Notes under the pieces: model-generated
Told to the model about the DNA's origin: nothing
The model's database searches: none
Seen by the model: only the letters and a program-made list of their open reading frames with translations
Program-made: the position numbers and the translations under genes
Shown: positions 17,661-25,741 of the stretch, one piece after another
Layout: each line of letters begins with the position of its first letter
Position numbering within the stretch: position 1 is the first letter of the stretch
Virus record (IMG/VR): IMGVR_UViG_3300036987_000522
Span: 1 to 42,064 of that record
DNA length: 42,064 nt
Origin: a virus
Taxonomy: Duplodnaviria; Caudoviricetes
Strand: one strand, 5' to 3'

Positions 17661-18104
17661 ATGAAGTTCAATCTTGAAAATGCCCTTGTTGCACTCGGCT
17701 GGAACCTGGGCTTGATCGCTGTATTTTCTGCCGTGCTTTCGCTGTTTGGTGTCGATCTCGAAGTGGTGCTGGCCATTGCAGGCGCCATGATCGGACTTCA
17801 ACTGCTCATCGGTTTAGGCGTGGATGTGCTCAAGTGGGCAGGTGTGATCAAGGATGGCACTGCAGGTAAATGGTCTGCTGCACTCAACCTGCTCGGTTTG
17901 GCATTTATCGCTGTGACTTTGGCGGTAAATCCCTTGTTCGACTTCGCTGCACTGGATGCTCAACTGGTTGATATTGCCAAGTTCCTCACACTTATCTTCG
18001 GCTACATTGTGCAGATCGCAGGCACCAAACGCGTGCATCAGTTCAATGCTTATGGTCTTGGTGTGAAGGTGTTCAGCAACAAGGCAAAGCCTATCCTTGC
18101 CTAG
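17661..18104 (+). CDS. Multi-TM membrane protein (holin-like candidate)
   Basis: AAGGAG RBS; ~4 TM; first gene of late operon. Confidence 0.55.
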   Translation: MKFNLENALVALGWNLGLIAVFSAVLSLFGVDLEVVLAIAGAMIGLQLLIGLGVDVLKWAGVIKDGTAGKWSAALNLLGLAFIAVTLAVNPLFDFAALDAQLVDIAKFLTLIFGYIVQIAGTKRVHQFNAYGLGVKVFSNKAKPILA

Positions 18105-18483
18105 GAAACCACCACGTCCATGCCATGTGGCTGGATGCCCTGAGTTGATATATGACGAGGGTGACTGTCCACGTCACCCTCGTCAACGTGACAGGCGCAA
18201 GCGGGAGACAGCACGTCCCTCAGCTGCAGCACGTGGCTATGGTCGTAAGTGGCAAGCCAAGCGTGATGCTTGGGCAAAGTTACACCCTTACTGTGCCGAC
18301 CCGTTCGGCTTTCACCCAGGTCAACGAGTAGCAATGAAGATCGTTGATCACATCATCCCTCTCAAATCTGGAGGCAGAGACGATGCAAGCAACTACCAAT
18401 CACTCTGTGGCGCGTGCCACAACTACAAAACTGCACACGATGGCAGTCGGGGCAGGGGTAGGGGTGGGGGGAGGGCGGGTTAA
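18097..18483 (+). CDS. HNH endonuclease (cos-cleavage accessory)
   Basis: AAARGYGRKW, VDHIIP..GG.DD.SNYQSLCGACHNYKT. Confidence 0.9.
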   Translation: MPRKPPRPCHVAGCPELIYDEGDCPRHPRQRDRRKRETARPSAAARGYGRKWQAKRDAWAKLHPYCADPFGFHPGQRVAMKIVDHIIPLKSGGRDDASNYQSLCGACHNYKTAHDGSRGRGRGGGRAG

Positions 18484-18560
18484 ATCTCTGGAACTTTGGG
18501 GTTGGAGACCGGCGGGGCAGTCATGCGCGTACACCCGCGAAATTAGGCAGGGGGGGGTAT
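18449..18560. other. Putative cos/packaging region
   Basis: G-rich GGGCGGGTTAAATCTCTG..CCGGCGGGGCAG..CGCGAAATT..GGGGGGGGT between HNH and TerS, the usual cos location in such phages. Confidence 0.55.
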
Positions 18561-18570
18561 AGGCGGATGA

Positions 18571-19053
18571 ATGCAAGGACGGAAGCCAAAACCCACTGCG
18601 CTCAAGATGCTGGCTGGCAATCCTGGGAAGCGTGCGATCAATCACGCCGAACCAAAGCCAAGAGTCGTCATGCCAAAGCCACCGGATCATTTGAGCGATG
18701 CTGAAAAAGAAAAATGGAAGCTGATCGTTCGCGAGCTGCATCCACTTGGATTGGTCACAACGATCGACAAGGATGCGCTCGCCATGTATTGCACAATCTA
18801 TGTGCGTTGGATCAAGGCAGAACGGATGGTTCGCGACAAAGGCGAGATCATCAAAACTGCGGCAGGGAACATCATTCAAAATCCCTACCTCTCAATCGCA
18901 AATCGAGCGCTTGACCAACTCAACAAACTGGGTGCCGAGTTCGGCATGACACCATCCAGCAGATCACGCGTCAAAGCGGACATGCTGACCCCAGATCAGG
19001 AATTGGAGCGGATGCTATTTGGCCCGCGAGTGACAGTATCAAATGACAGATGA
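18571..19053 (+). CDS. Terminase small subunit, P27 family (copy 1)
   Basis: GRKPKPT..GNPGKR; QNP; EFGMTPSSRSR. Confidence 0.88.
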   Translation: MQGRKPKPTALKMLAGNPGKRAINHAEPKPRVVMPKPPDHLSDAEKEKWKLIVRELHPLGLVTTIDKDALAMYCTIYVRWIKAERMVRDKGEIIKTAAGNIIQNPYLSIANRALDQLNKLGAEFGMTPSSRSRVKADMLTPDQELERMLFGPRVTVSNDR

Positions 19054-20380
19054 ACTTACTTACATTGCTGAGGGGCTAAGAGTCCTGGCAGTTCCAATCG
19101 ACGAACTGCACGTGGACCCTGCCAACGCGCGAACTGGTCACGCACTGGAACGCATCGCGGCATCACTCAAAGCATACGGTCAGCGTAAGCCTATCATCGC
19201 GAACCGCCTGCAGAACGGAAAGATTGAGGCAGGCAATGGCACATGGCAGGCAGCCAAGCATCTGGGCTGGAGTCATATCGCCGTGGTCTTTGTCGAGGAT
19301 GACCCGGCAACTGCGGCAGCCTTTGGCATTGCGGACAACCGCCTGAGCGATCTTAGCACTTGGGACTTGGATGCACTCGGAGCACTGATGCCAACCGTTG
19401 AGGATTTGGTAACAGGCTTCACAGAGAGTGAGATCCGCGACGTGCTCGGTGAACGTGGCGGGGGGTTGCTGGTGGACCCAGGTCCGCAGGATGAGGACGA
19501 TAAAAAACTGAAAGAGTTGCAGGAAAAGTGGGGAACTGCACTCGGTCAGACTTGGGCAGTGGGCAGGCACATCCTCCACTGTGGAGATTCCACGCAACTG
19601 GATATCGAAAGCCTCGGCTGGATGGGTGCCGCAGCACTGACCGTCACGTCACCGCCTTATTGGGTGGGCAAGGAATACGAACGCGAAAAGAGCGAAGCGG
19701 AGATCGATGAATTCATCGGTCGCGTGGCAGCCCTGATGGCAAAGGTCACCCGCGTGGACGAGTCTCGCATCGTGATCAATACCAGCACAGGCTTCACAAC
19801 TGCCTTCGATAAAAAGAAAAAGCGGCAGGTGCTGCTGCTGATCGATAAGTGGATGAACGCGCTATACCCACTCGGCTGGAACTTGCGCCATGTGCGTCAC
19901 TGGCTGAAGGAAGGCCAACTTGCGTCTGTATCTCCAAAGACTGACCTGATTGACCAGCATAGTGAGTTCTTCGGCACGTTCGAGCATGATGATGGCGAAG
20001 AGATCCACTTCGACGACGTGCTCAATGAGCAGGATGTGAACCTGCTCGAAACCTTTTATAGCCGCCACGGCAAGCAGCGCGGACAGGAACGTACTGGTCA
20101 GAAGTGGGCGCTGCGTTCGTATTGGGATGACATCAAAGGCACTGCCGGTGCGAATGGTCATATTGCAGCCTTCCCGTTGGAGATACCAGCGCGGCACATC
20201 CTTCTCTACACCAAGCCAGGCGAGACGGTCTTCGAACCGTTCAGCGGATCCGGTACGACGCTGATTGCCTGCGAAGTGCTGAACCGTGAATGCATCGGAG
20301 TTGAGCTCGACCCTGCTTATTTGGCTGCCAGTCTGGAACGCTGGCATGTAATGACTGGCAACATGCCAGAGAGGATTTAA
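19043..20380 (+). CDS. ParB-N-terminal domain fused to beta-class amino DNA methyltransferase (SPPY type)
   Basis: ParB-like DPANAR..AGNGT..ADNR; TSPPY; H.AAFP; EPFSGSGTT. Confidence 0.85.
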   Translation: MTDELTYIAEGLRVLAVPIDELHVDPANARTGHALERIAASLKAYGQRKPIIANRLQNGKIEAGNGTWQAAKHLGWSHIAVVFVEDDPATAAAFGIADNRLSDLSTWDLDALGALMPTVEDLVTGFTESEIRDVLGERGGGLLVDPGPQDEDDKKLKELQEKWGTALGQTWAVGRHILHCGDSTQLDIESLGWMGAAALTVTSPPYWVGKEYEREKSEAEIDEFIGRVAALMAKVTRVDESRIVINTSTGFTTAFDKKKKRQVLLLIDKWMNALYPLGWNLRHVRHWLKEGQLASVSPKTDLIDQHSEFFGTFEHDDGEEIHFDDVLNEQDVNLLETFYSRHGKQRGQERTGQKWALRSYWDDIKGTAGANGHIAAFPLEIPARHILLYTKPGETVFEPFSGSGTTLIACEVLNRECIGVELDPAYLAASLERWHVMTGNMPERI

Positions 20381-20384
20381 GGAT

Positions 20385-20594
20385 ATGGCTACGAGACAGG
20401 AAGAATTAGAAAAAAAGGTAAGAGAAAGCGGAAGCCTTGAAGAACGTTTACTAGAGTGCCGTCGCAGGATTTCTGTGATGTGCAAAGAAGGACGTCCGCC
20501 TAAGATGACCATCCCTGTTCAATGGGATGATGATGACTTTTTTATCAGCATTACGTTGCAAGATGCTATTGCTGCTTATCAGAACACTCAGTGA
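20385..20594 (+). CDS. Small hypothetical protein
   Basis: AAGGA RBS; exactly fills the gap between the two MTases. Confidence 0.55.
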   Translation: MATRQEELEKKVRESGSLEERLLECRRRISVMCKEGRPPKMTIPVQWDDDDFFISITLQDAIAAYQNTQ

Positions 20595-20595
20595 G

Positions 20596-21831
20596 ATGAC
20601 AGATTTACCCTACATCACCGAATCCCTGCGACCGCTTGCCGTACCGATCGCTGACCTGCACGAAGATCCTGCCAATGCCCGCATTGGTCATGACGTGCCA
20701 GGGATCAAAGCATCCCTACAAGCCTATGGACAGCGTAAGCCCATCGTCGTCAATCGCCTGCAGAACAACAAGATCGAAGCAGGCAATGGCACCTATCGTG
20801 CCGCCAAGGAACTGGGCTGGAGTCATATCGCTGTGGTCTTCGTCGAAGATGACCCCGCCACCGCAGCTGGCTATGGCATCGCCGATAACCGCCTGGGCGA
20901 CCTCAGTGAATGGGATGTGGACGTGCTGCGCGAGATCACCCAAACCACTGGCGACCTCTTCACCGGTTTCACCCCTGCAGACTTGGACGACCTGGTGGGC
21001 GTTTCTACAGCAACAGGGGCACCCCAGGCAACCGTAGCGGACCCTGGAGGGCAACCCGACAAAGCCGAAGAGCTGCAAGCCAAGTGGCAAGTGCAGCCCG
21101 GGCAGATCTACCAACTGGGACCGCATCGCATCATGTGCGGCGATTCCACGCAACACACCGACGTCGAACGGCTGATGGCAGGCGAGCTCGCGCACCTCAT
21201 CTGGACCGATGCGCCGTGGAACGTGAACTATGGCGGTAATGATCACCCTACCTACAAAAAGCGCACGATCAACAATGACAACCTCGGCGAAAAATTCATC
21301 ATCTTTGTGGAACTCTTCGTCACGCAACTCTGGCGTTTCAGCGTGCCAGGTGCCGTGGTGTATGCAGTCATGGGTGGTGAAGAGTGGCCGGTGATCGACA
21401 GCGAGCTGCGCAAGATCGGCTTTCACTGGTCGAGCACCATCGTGTGGGTCAAAGATCAAATGGTCTTGTCGCGCAAAGATTATCACGCGCAATACGAACC
21501 CATCTGGTACGGCTGGAAGAGTGACGCACCGCGAGTCTGCGAGGTCCCCGATCGCAAACAGTCGGACACGTGGTTCATCGATCGACCGCGCAAGAGTGAA
21601 GAGCATCCAACAATGAAGCCGCTCGAGCTGGTCGAGCGTTCGCTTCTGAATTCGTCCCATCCTGGAGATATCGTCCTTGACCTTTTCTCAGGCTCTGGCA
21701 CCACGCTGGCAGCGTGTGAACGGACCGGCAGAGTCTGCCGGGCAATGGACAACGATCCAAAATATGTAGCTGTGGGGCTGGAACGCTGGCACATCATGAC
21801 CGGTCAGCAACCAGTATTGGAGGATTTGTGA
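20596..21831 (+). CDS. ParB-N-terminal domain fused to beta-class amino DNA methyltransferase (DAPW variant of DPPY)
   Basis: Same ParB-like N-terminus; WTDAPWNV; HPTMKP; DLFSGSGTT. Confidence 0.88.
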   Translation: MTDLPYITESLRPLAVPIADLHEDPANARIGHDVPGIKASLQAYGQRKPIVVNRLQNNKIEAGNGTYRAAKELGWSHIAVVFVEDDPATAAGYGIADNRLGDLSEWDVDVLREITQTTGDLFTGFTPADLDDLVGVSTATGAPQATVADPGGQPDKAEELQAKWQVQPGQIYQLGPHRIMCGDSTQHTDVERLMAGELAHLIWTDAPWNVNYGGNDHPTYKKRTINNDNLGEKFIIFVELFVTQLWRFSVPGAVVYAVMGGEEWPVIDSELRKIGFHWSSTIVWVKDQMVLSRKDYHAQYEPIWYGWKSDAPRVCEVPDRKQSDTWFIDRPRKSEEHPTMKPLELVERSLLNSSHPGDIVLDLFSGSGTTLAACERTGRVCRAMDNDPKYVAVGLERWHIMTGQQPVLEDL

Positions 21832-22313
21832 CACGGGGCAGAAAACCAAAACCAACCGAAATGAAAAAGCTAGAAGGGAATCCAGGCAAGCGCGAGATCA
21901 ATCATCAAGAGCCGCAGCCGGAAGTTGTTATCCCTAAATGCCCAGCACATTTGAAGGGCGAAGCACGTAATGAATGGAACCGGATAACCAAAGAGCTTGT
22001 CAAACTCAAGATCGTATCTAATGTCGATCGCGCTGCCCTGGTGGGATATTGCCAGGCGTGGGGTGATTACATCCGTGCTTGTAAGGAAGTCGAGACTGAA
22101 GGTGAAGTGATCATCTCTGATAAGGGCGGCATGTATCAAAACCCCTGGGTTTCTATCAAGAACAGTGCAGTGGATCGTATGGTCAGAATCTCTTCGGAAT
22201 TTGGAATGACGCCGTCCAGCCGATCACGCATCAAGATTGAAACGCCTACCGAAGAAGACAAGATGACTGGGTATTTATTTGGCAACAAGAATGTAAAGGT
22301 TGCAAGTCAGTGA
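21828..22313 (+). CDS. Terminase small subunit, P27 family (copy 2)
   Basis: GTG start with GGAGG RBS; GRKPKPT..GNPGKR; EFGMTPSSRSR. Confidence 0.88.
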   Translation: MTRGRKPKPTEMKKLEGNPGKREINHQEPQPEVVIPKCPAHLKGEARNEWNRITKELVKLKIVSNVDRAALVGYCQAWGDYIRACKEVETEGEVIISDKGGMYQNPWVSIKNSAVDRMVRISSEFGMTPSSRSRIKIETPTEEDKMTGYLFGNKNVKVASQ

Positions 22314-22314
22314 C

Positions 22315-24027
22315 ATGGCAAAGCGAAGGAAGGAGGTGCTGCATCCAGCAGAACAATATGCTCAGGACGTGATCAGTGGCAAGATCACTGCATGCAAATG
22401 GGTGCAGTTAGCTTGTGAACGACACATTCATGACCTTGAGCATGCACATGAGCGTGGGTTTTATTTTGACCCGGGAGCAGGGCAATACGTTATTGATTTT
22501 ATTGGCATGTTGCGGCACTCCAAAGGTAAGTGGGGGCGTGGAGTCGGTGAATTTATCGTTCTTGAGCCGTGGCAGCAATTTATCATTTGGGTGGGCTTTG
22601 GGTGGAAACGTGCTGATGGTATGCGGCGCTTCCGCACAATCTATGATGAGGTTGCCCGTAAAAATGGGAAGAGCACCAAGGCAGCTGGACTGGGTATATA
22701 TCTTGGCTTTGCAGATGGTGAGCCAGGTGCTGAAGTGTATAGCGCAGCCACCAAACGCGATCAGGCGCGTATCGTACACAAGGAAGCCATCCGCATGGTG
22801 CGCAAGAACCCAGGGTTGCGGAAGTACATCAAGATTTATAAAGACAACCTCAACCTTGAACAGACTGCTTCGAAGTATGAACCGCTGGGTGCAGACTCGG
22901 ACAGCACTGATGGCTTGAACATTCATGGCGTCATCGCCGATGAGCTGCACGCTTGGAAGAGCCGTGAAATGTACGATGTGCTCGAAACTGCCACCGGCTC
23001 CCGCGAACAGCCCATGATCATCTCCATCACCACGGCTGGCATGGATCGCCTGAGTGTGTGCTACGAGAAACACGAATACACCCGCAAGGTGCTCGAAGGC
23101 TGGAAGGACGGCTCCTTCGAAGACGATACATGGTTCGGCATCATCTATACCATAGACGAAGGCGACGATTGGCGTGACGAAAATGTGTGGATCAAAGCCA
23201 ACCCGAACCTAGGAGTCTCGAAATACATCGAAGACATGCGCATGAAAGCCAAGCGTTCAGAGCACATGCCTGCAGCTCTCGCTGGCTTCTTGCGCCGTGA
23301 ACTTAACGTGTGGGTGCAGGGCGAGTTCAAATGGATGCCAATGGATCGCTGGCGAAAGTGTAGCGGCGATGTGCCTGCGCTCAAACTTCCGAAACGGCTG
23401 GAAAATGCAACTGCCTATGGCGGACTGGACTTGTCGAGTACATCTGACTTGACTGCTTTTGTAATGGCGTTTCCAGATGATGATGGGAACTTTGATATCG
23501 TGTGCCGCTTCTGGATACCTGAAGATCAAATGGAGATCCGCACACGGGATTATGGCGTGCAGTACCGCCTATGGGTTGAGCAGGGATACATTGAGACTAC
23601 GCCAGGGAATTCCATTGACCCTGATTACATTCTCGATCAGGTCGAGCAAGATGCAGACATCTTCGATATTGACCAAGTCGCATTTGACCGTTGGGGGGCA
23701 GCCCGTGTGGTTACGACCTTAGAGAATAAAGGACTGACAATGGTGCAGTTTGGTCAGGGATACGCCAGCATGAACCCACCAATGAAGGAACTGGAGCGCC
23801 TGGTTTTATCAGGCAAGATCCGCCACGGTAACAACCCAGTATTAACCTGGATGGCAGATAACCTCGTGGCACGGATGGACCCATCTGGCAACATCAAACC
23901 AGATAAGGAAAAGAGTCGCGAGAAAATAGATGGCATGGTGGCGCTGATCATGGCACTCGATCTGGCACTGAGGCACCCCGAGAAGAAGAGTATCTATGAA
24001 AAACGAGGCATTCGAAGGCTTGGATAA
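22315..24027 (+). CDS. Terminase large subunit
   Basis: LEPWQ, ARKNGKS, DELH, ITTAG, GGLDLS, KIDGMVA motifs. Confidence 0.95.
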   Translation: MAKRRKEVLHPAEQYAQDVISGKITACKWVQLACERHIHDLEHAHERGFYFDPGAGQYVIDFIGMLRHSKGKWGRGVGEFIVLEPWQQFIIWVGFGWKRADGMRRFRTIYDEVARKNGKSTKAAGLGIYLGFADGEPGAEVYSAATKRDQARIVHKEAIRMVRKNPGLRKYIKIYKDNLNLEQTASKYEPLGADSDSTDGLNIHGVIADELHAWKSREMYDVLETATGSREQPMIISITTAGMDRLSVCYEKHEYTRKVLEGWKDGSFEDDTWFGIIYTIDEGDDWRDENVWIKANPNLGVSKYIEDMRMKAKRSEHMPAALAGFLRRELNVWVQGEFKWMPMDRWRKCSGDVPALKLPKRLENATAYGGLDLSSTSDLTAFVMAFPDDDGNFDIVCRFWIPEDQMEIRTRDYGVQYRLWVEQGYIETTPGNSIDPDYILDQVEQDADIFDIDQVAFDRWGAARVVTTLENKGLTMVQFGQGYASMNPPMKELERLVLSGKIRHGNNPVLTWMADNLVARMDPSGNIKPDKEKSREKIDGMVALIMALDLALRHPEKKSIYEKRGIRRLG

Positions 24028-24029
24028 TC

Positions 24030-24059
24030 CTTGACTTCCCCGGGCTTCGGCGGCGTAAT
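24030..24059 (+). promoter_or_regulatory. Promoter-like motif CTTGACTT-NNNC-GGGCT-NNN-GCGGCGTAAT, copy 2
   Basis: Matches 13268-13297; followed by AAAAGGAGA RBS as in copy 1. Confidence 0.6.
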
Positions 24060-24082
24060 TGGGGTATCAAAAGGAGATTAAC

Positions 24083-24304
24083 ATGAATACAAAAACAGCA
24101 CTTGAAGCATACGAAGAAAAACAGGCAGAGATCGAAAAACTGCTGAAGCAGATCAAAGAAGGACTGCTGACGCACGATCGCGGATGCACCCCACGACATA
24201 ACTGGGGGCATGTAGGTGACTTAAACACCATAGTAGAAACGCTGACCGACATCAAGGATCGACTACACAAAACTGGCGAATATAAGTTGGAAAAGATATG
24301 TTAA
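24083..24304 (+). CDS. Small helical phage protein (NWGHVGDL motif)
   Basis: AAAGGAG RBS; own promoter motif. Confidence 0.65.
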   Translation: MNTKTALEAYEEKQAEIEKLLKQIKEGLLTHDRGCTPRHNWGHVGDLNTIVETLTDIKDRLHKTGEYKLEKIC

Positions 24305-24435
24305 CTCGATACAACACTGAGCTTATATATCTTGCTAAATAAGAGAGAGAAAAAGTTCTATTTACTTTGACACATTTCTTAGGTAAAATAATTAAAACTT
24401 ACGGCTTATCATTTAAGTGTGCAAGAGGAGGTATT

Positions 24436-24843
24436 ATGACAACCTTTTTGATTGTAATAATAATAATTGTGTTCATTTATTTGTATATCGGGTTAACAAA
24501 CCAAAAGGAAGAATCTGAACGTAATAAAAGAGCGAAAGAGCAGTATGAAATAATTCAGAGGGAAAAAGAGAGAGAATTTCGCACTTGCTCAAATTGTCGT
24601 AAGCAATCCGGTTTCAGTTTCGTTAGAGAGGAATTGGTTAGTAAGGAACCATTTCATTTTGTCTATCTGGAATCTCCTAAAAAAGGCCCCCCTTATATAA
24701 AGAGGGATCCGTCGGATATTAGTGCGTCTGATTATGACCACGTTGAGGTAGAAGTTAATGGAGTTAGAGCTACATATAGAAAGTACTATAAATGCATCGA
24801 GTGTGGTTTTGAAAAATTCGTAGAAAGAACTGAAGAAGAATAG
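24436..24843 (+). CDS. AT-rich moron: N-terminal TM plus Zn-ribbon protein
   Basis: GAGGAGG RBS; TTTACT-17-TAAAAT at 24361-24389; CSNC..CIEC. Confidence 0.65.
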   Translation: MTTFLIVIIIIVFIYLYIGLTNQKEESERNKRAKEQYEIIQREKEREFRTCSNCRKQSGFSFVREELVSKEPFHFVYLESPKKGPPYIKRDPSDISASDYDHVEVEVNGVRATYRKYYKCIECGFEKFVERTEEE

Positions 24844-24941
24844 ATTCTTATAGAACGACGGCCTTCTAGGCAGTAAAGATAGTACGGAAGAAGCTGAAGC
24901 CCAAGTCGGTTTTTAATACAGGATAGTTTTGAAAATAAACC

Positions 24942-24970
24942 TTGACAAAAAAGAACATTTGTTCTAAAAT
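24942..24970 (+). promoter_or_regulatory. Sigma70 promoter with LexA (SOS) box in the spacer
   Basis: TTGACA-17-TAAAAT; AGAACATTTGTTCT at 24952-24965. Confidence 0.75.
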
Positions 24971-24976
24971 AATTAT

Positions 24977-25022
24977 AGATGACCGCTAGGGTGCCCCCCT
25001 CACCCTAGCGGTCATCGCTTTT
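24977..25022 (+). ncRNA. Putative SOS-inducible small hairpin RNA
   Basis: 16-bp perfect stem GATGACCGCTAGGGTG / CACCCTAGCGGTCATC, loop CCCCCCT, then GCTTTT; starts right at the expected +1. Confidence 0.5.
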
Positions 25023-25042
25023 AAATATTAGTTTATTATCGC

Positions 25043-25180
25043 TTGACAATTCCCTCCCCGGGGCTATAATTAGAACAGTTGAACAGTTAAATACTTCAGG
25101 CAGTCCTGGTTGATCCGGGACATTGATTCGGAGTGATGCCGCCCGAAGACTCATTTGAGTCTTCGGGCGGCTTTTTTGTT
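25043..25180 (+). promoter_or_regulatory. Consensus promoter plus late-operon structured leader/terminator, copy B
   Basis: TTGACA-16-TATAAT; hairpin GTCCTGG..CCGGGAC; terminator GCCGCCCGAAGACTCA..TGAGTCTTCGGGCGGC-TTTTTT. Confidence 0.78.
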
Positions 25181-25256
25181 ACCTATGCACAAATATACCC
25201 AACCAGAAAACCCCATCACCACCACGCTCCTGATTGATTAGGGGGAGGATATTTGC

Positions 25257-25553
25257 ATGAATGACCTGCTTAGCATAATTATCACCGCTATTCTCTCACC
25301 ATTGGCGCTTGAAGCGTTGAGGTATTTCTTTGCCAAATCCAGTGAACAGACCCGAAGTGTCAACGCAAAGATTGAGGGTCTCGAAAAGCGGGTGGATGAA
25401 TTGAAGGAAAAGAATCTGCAACAAGCCATCGAGATTGCTGTGTTGAAAGCGCAGCTTCTGGACCGCGATGTGCAGATGGCAGAGCGGGATAAGTTGATCG
25501 CTGAGCTGAAGAAAGAGATCGAAGACCTGCAGAAAAAAGGTGAGGCGGCATGA
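25257..25553 (+). CDS. N-terminal TM plus coiled-coil protein (lysis-associated candidate)
   Basis: GGAGG RBS; hydrophobic N-terminus, heptad-rich tail. Confidence 0.6.
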   Translation: MNDLLSIIITAILSPLALEALRYFFAKSSEQTRSVNAKIEGLEKRVDELKEKNLQQAIEIAVLKAQLLDRDVQMAERDKLIAELKKEIEDLQKKGEAA

Positions 25554-25741
25554 GTTATCTCAAATCCCTGGATCGGAATGAAGTGGTCTATTGGGTCGGG
25601 CTGGTGATGCTGTTCGCTGGCCTGGCCTTGAACGTTTCTGTGGCAACAGCACTGGTGATCACGGGTGGTGCGATGGCAGCAGAGTCTGTGATCACGTCCT
25701 ACCTGGCAACGTGGATGGGCTCGCTCTCGAGGAAGAAATAA
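25550..25741 (+). CDS. Small 2-TM protein preceding portal
   Basis: ATGA overlap; TAATG coupling to portal. Confidence 0.6.
   Translation: MSYLKSLDRNEVVYWVGLVMLFAGLALNVSVATALVITGGAMAAESVITSYLATWMGSLSRKK

Noticed and set aside
20716-21660. Long antisense ORF (314 aa), and similar ones at 34187-34978, 36576-37400 and 41013-41741
   Set aside because: Shadow frames of well-supported genes; no motifs or RBS
19043-21831. Restriction-modification system
   Set aside because: No cognate restriction endonuclease; the adjacent HNH is of the terminase-associated type
25185-25241. 18-codon ORF MHKYTQPENPITTTLLID after the leader terminator
   Set aside because: No RBS and no counterpart in leader copy A
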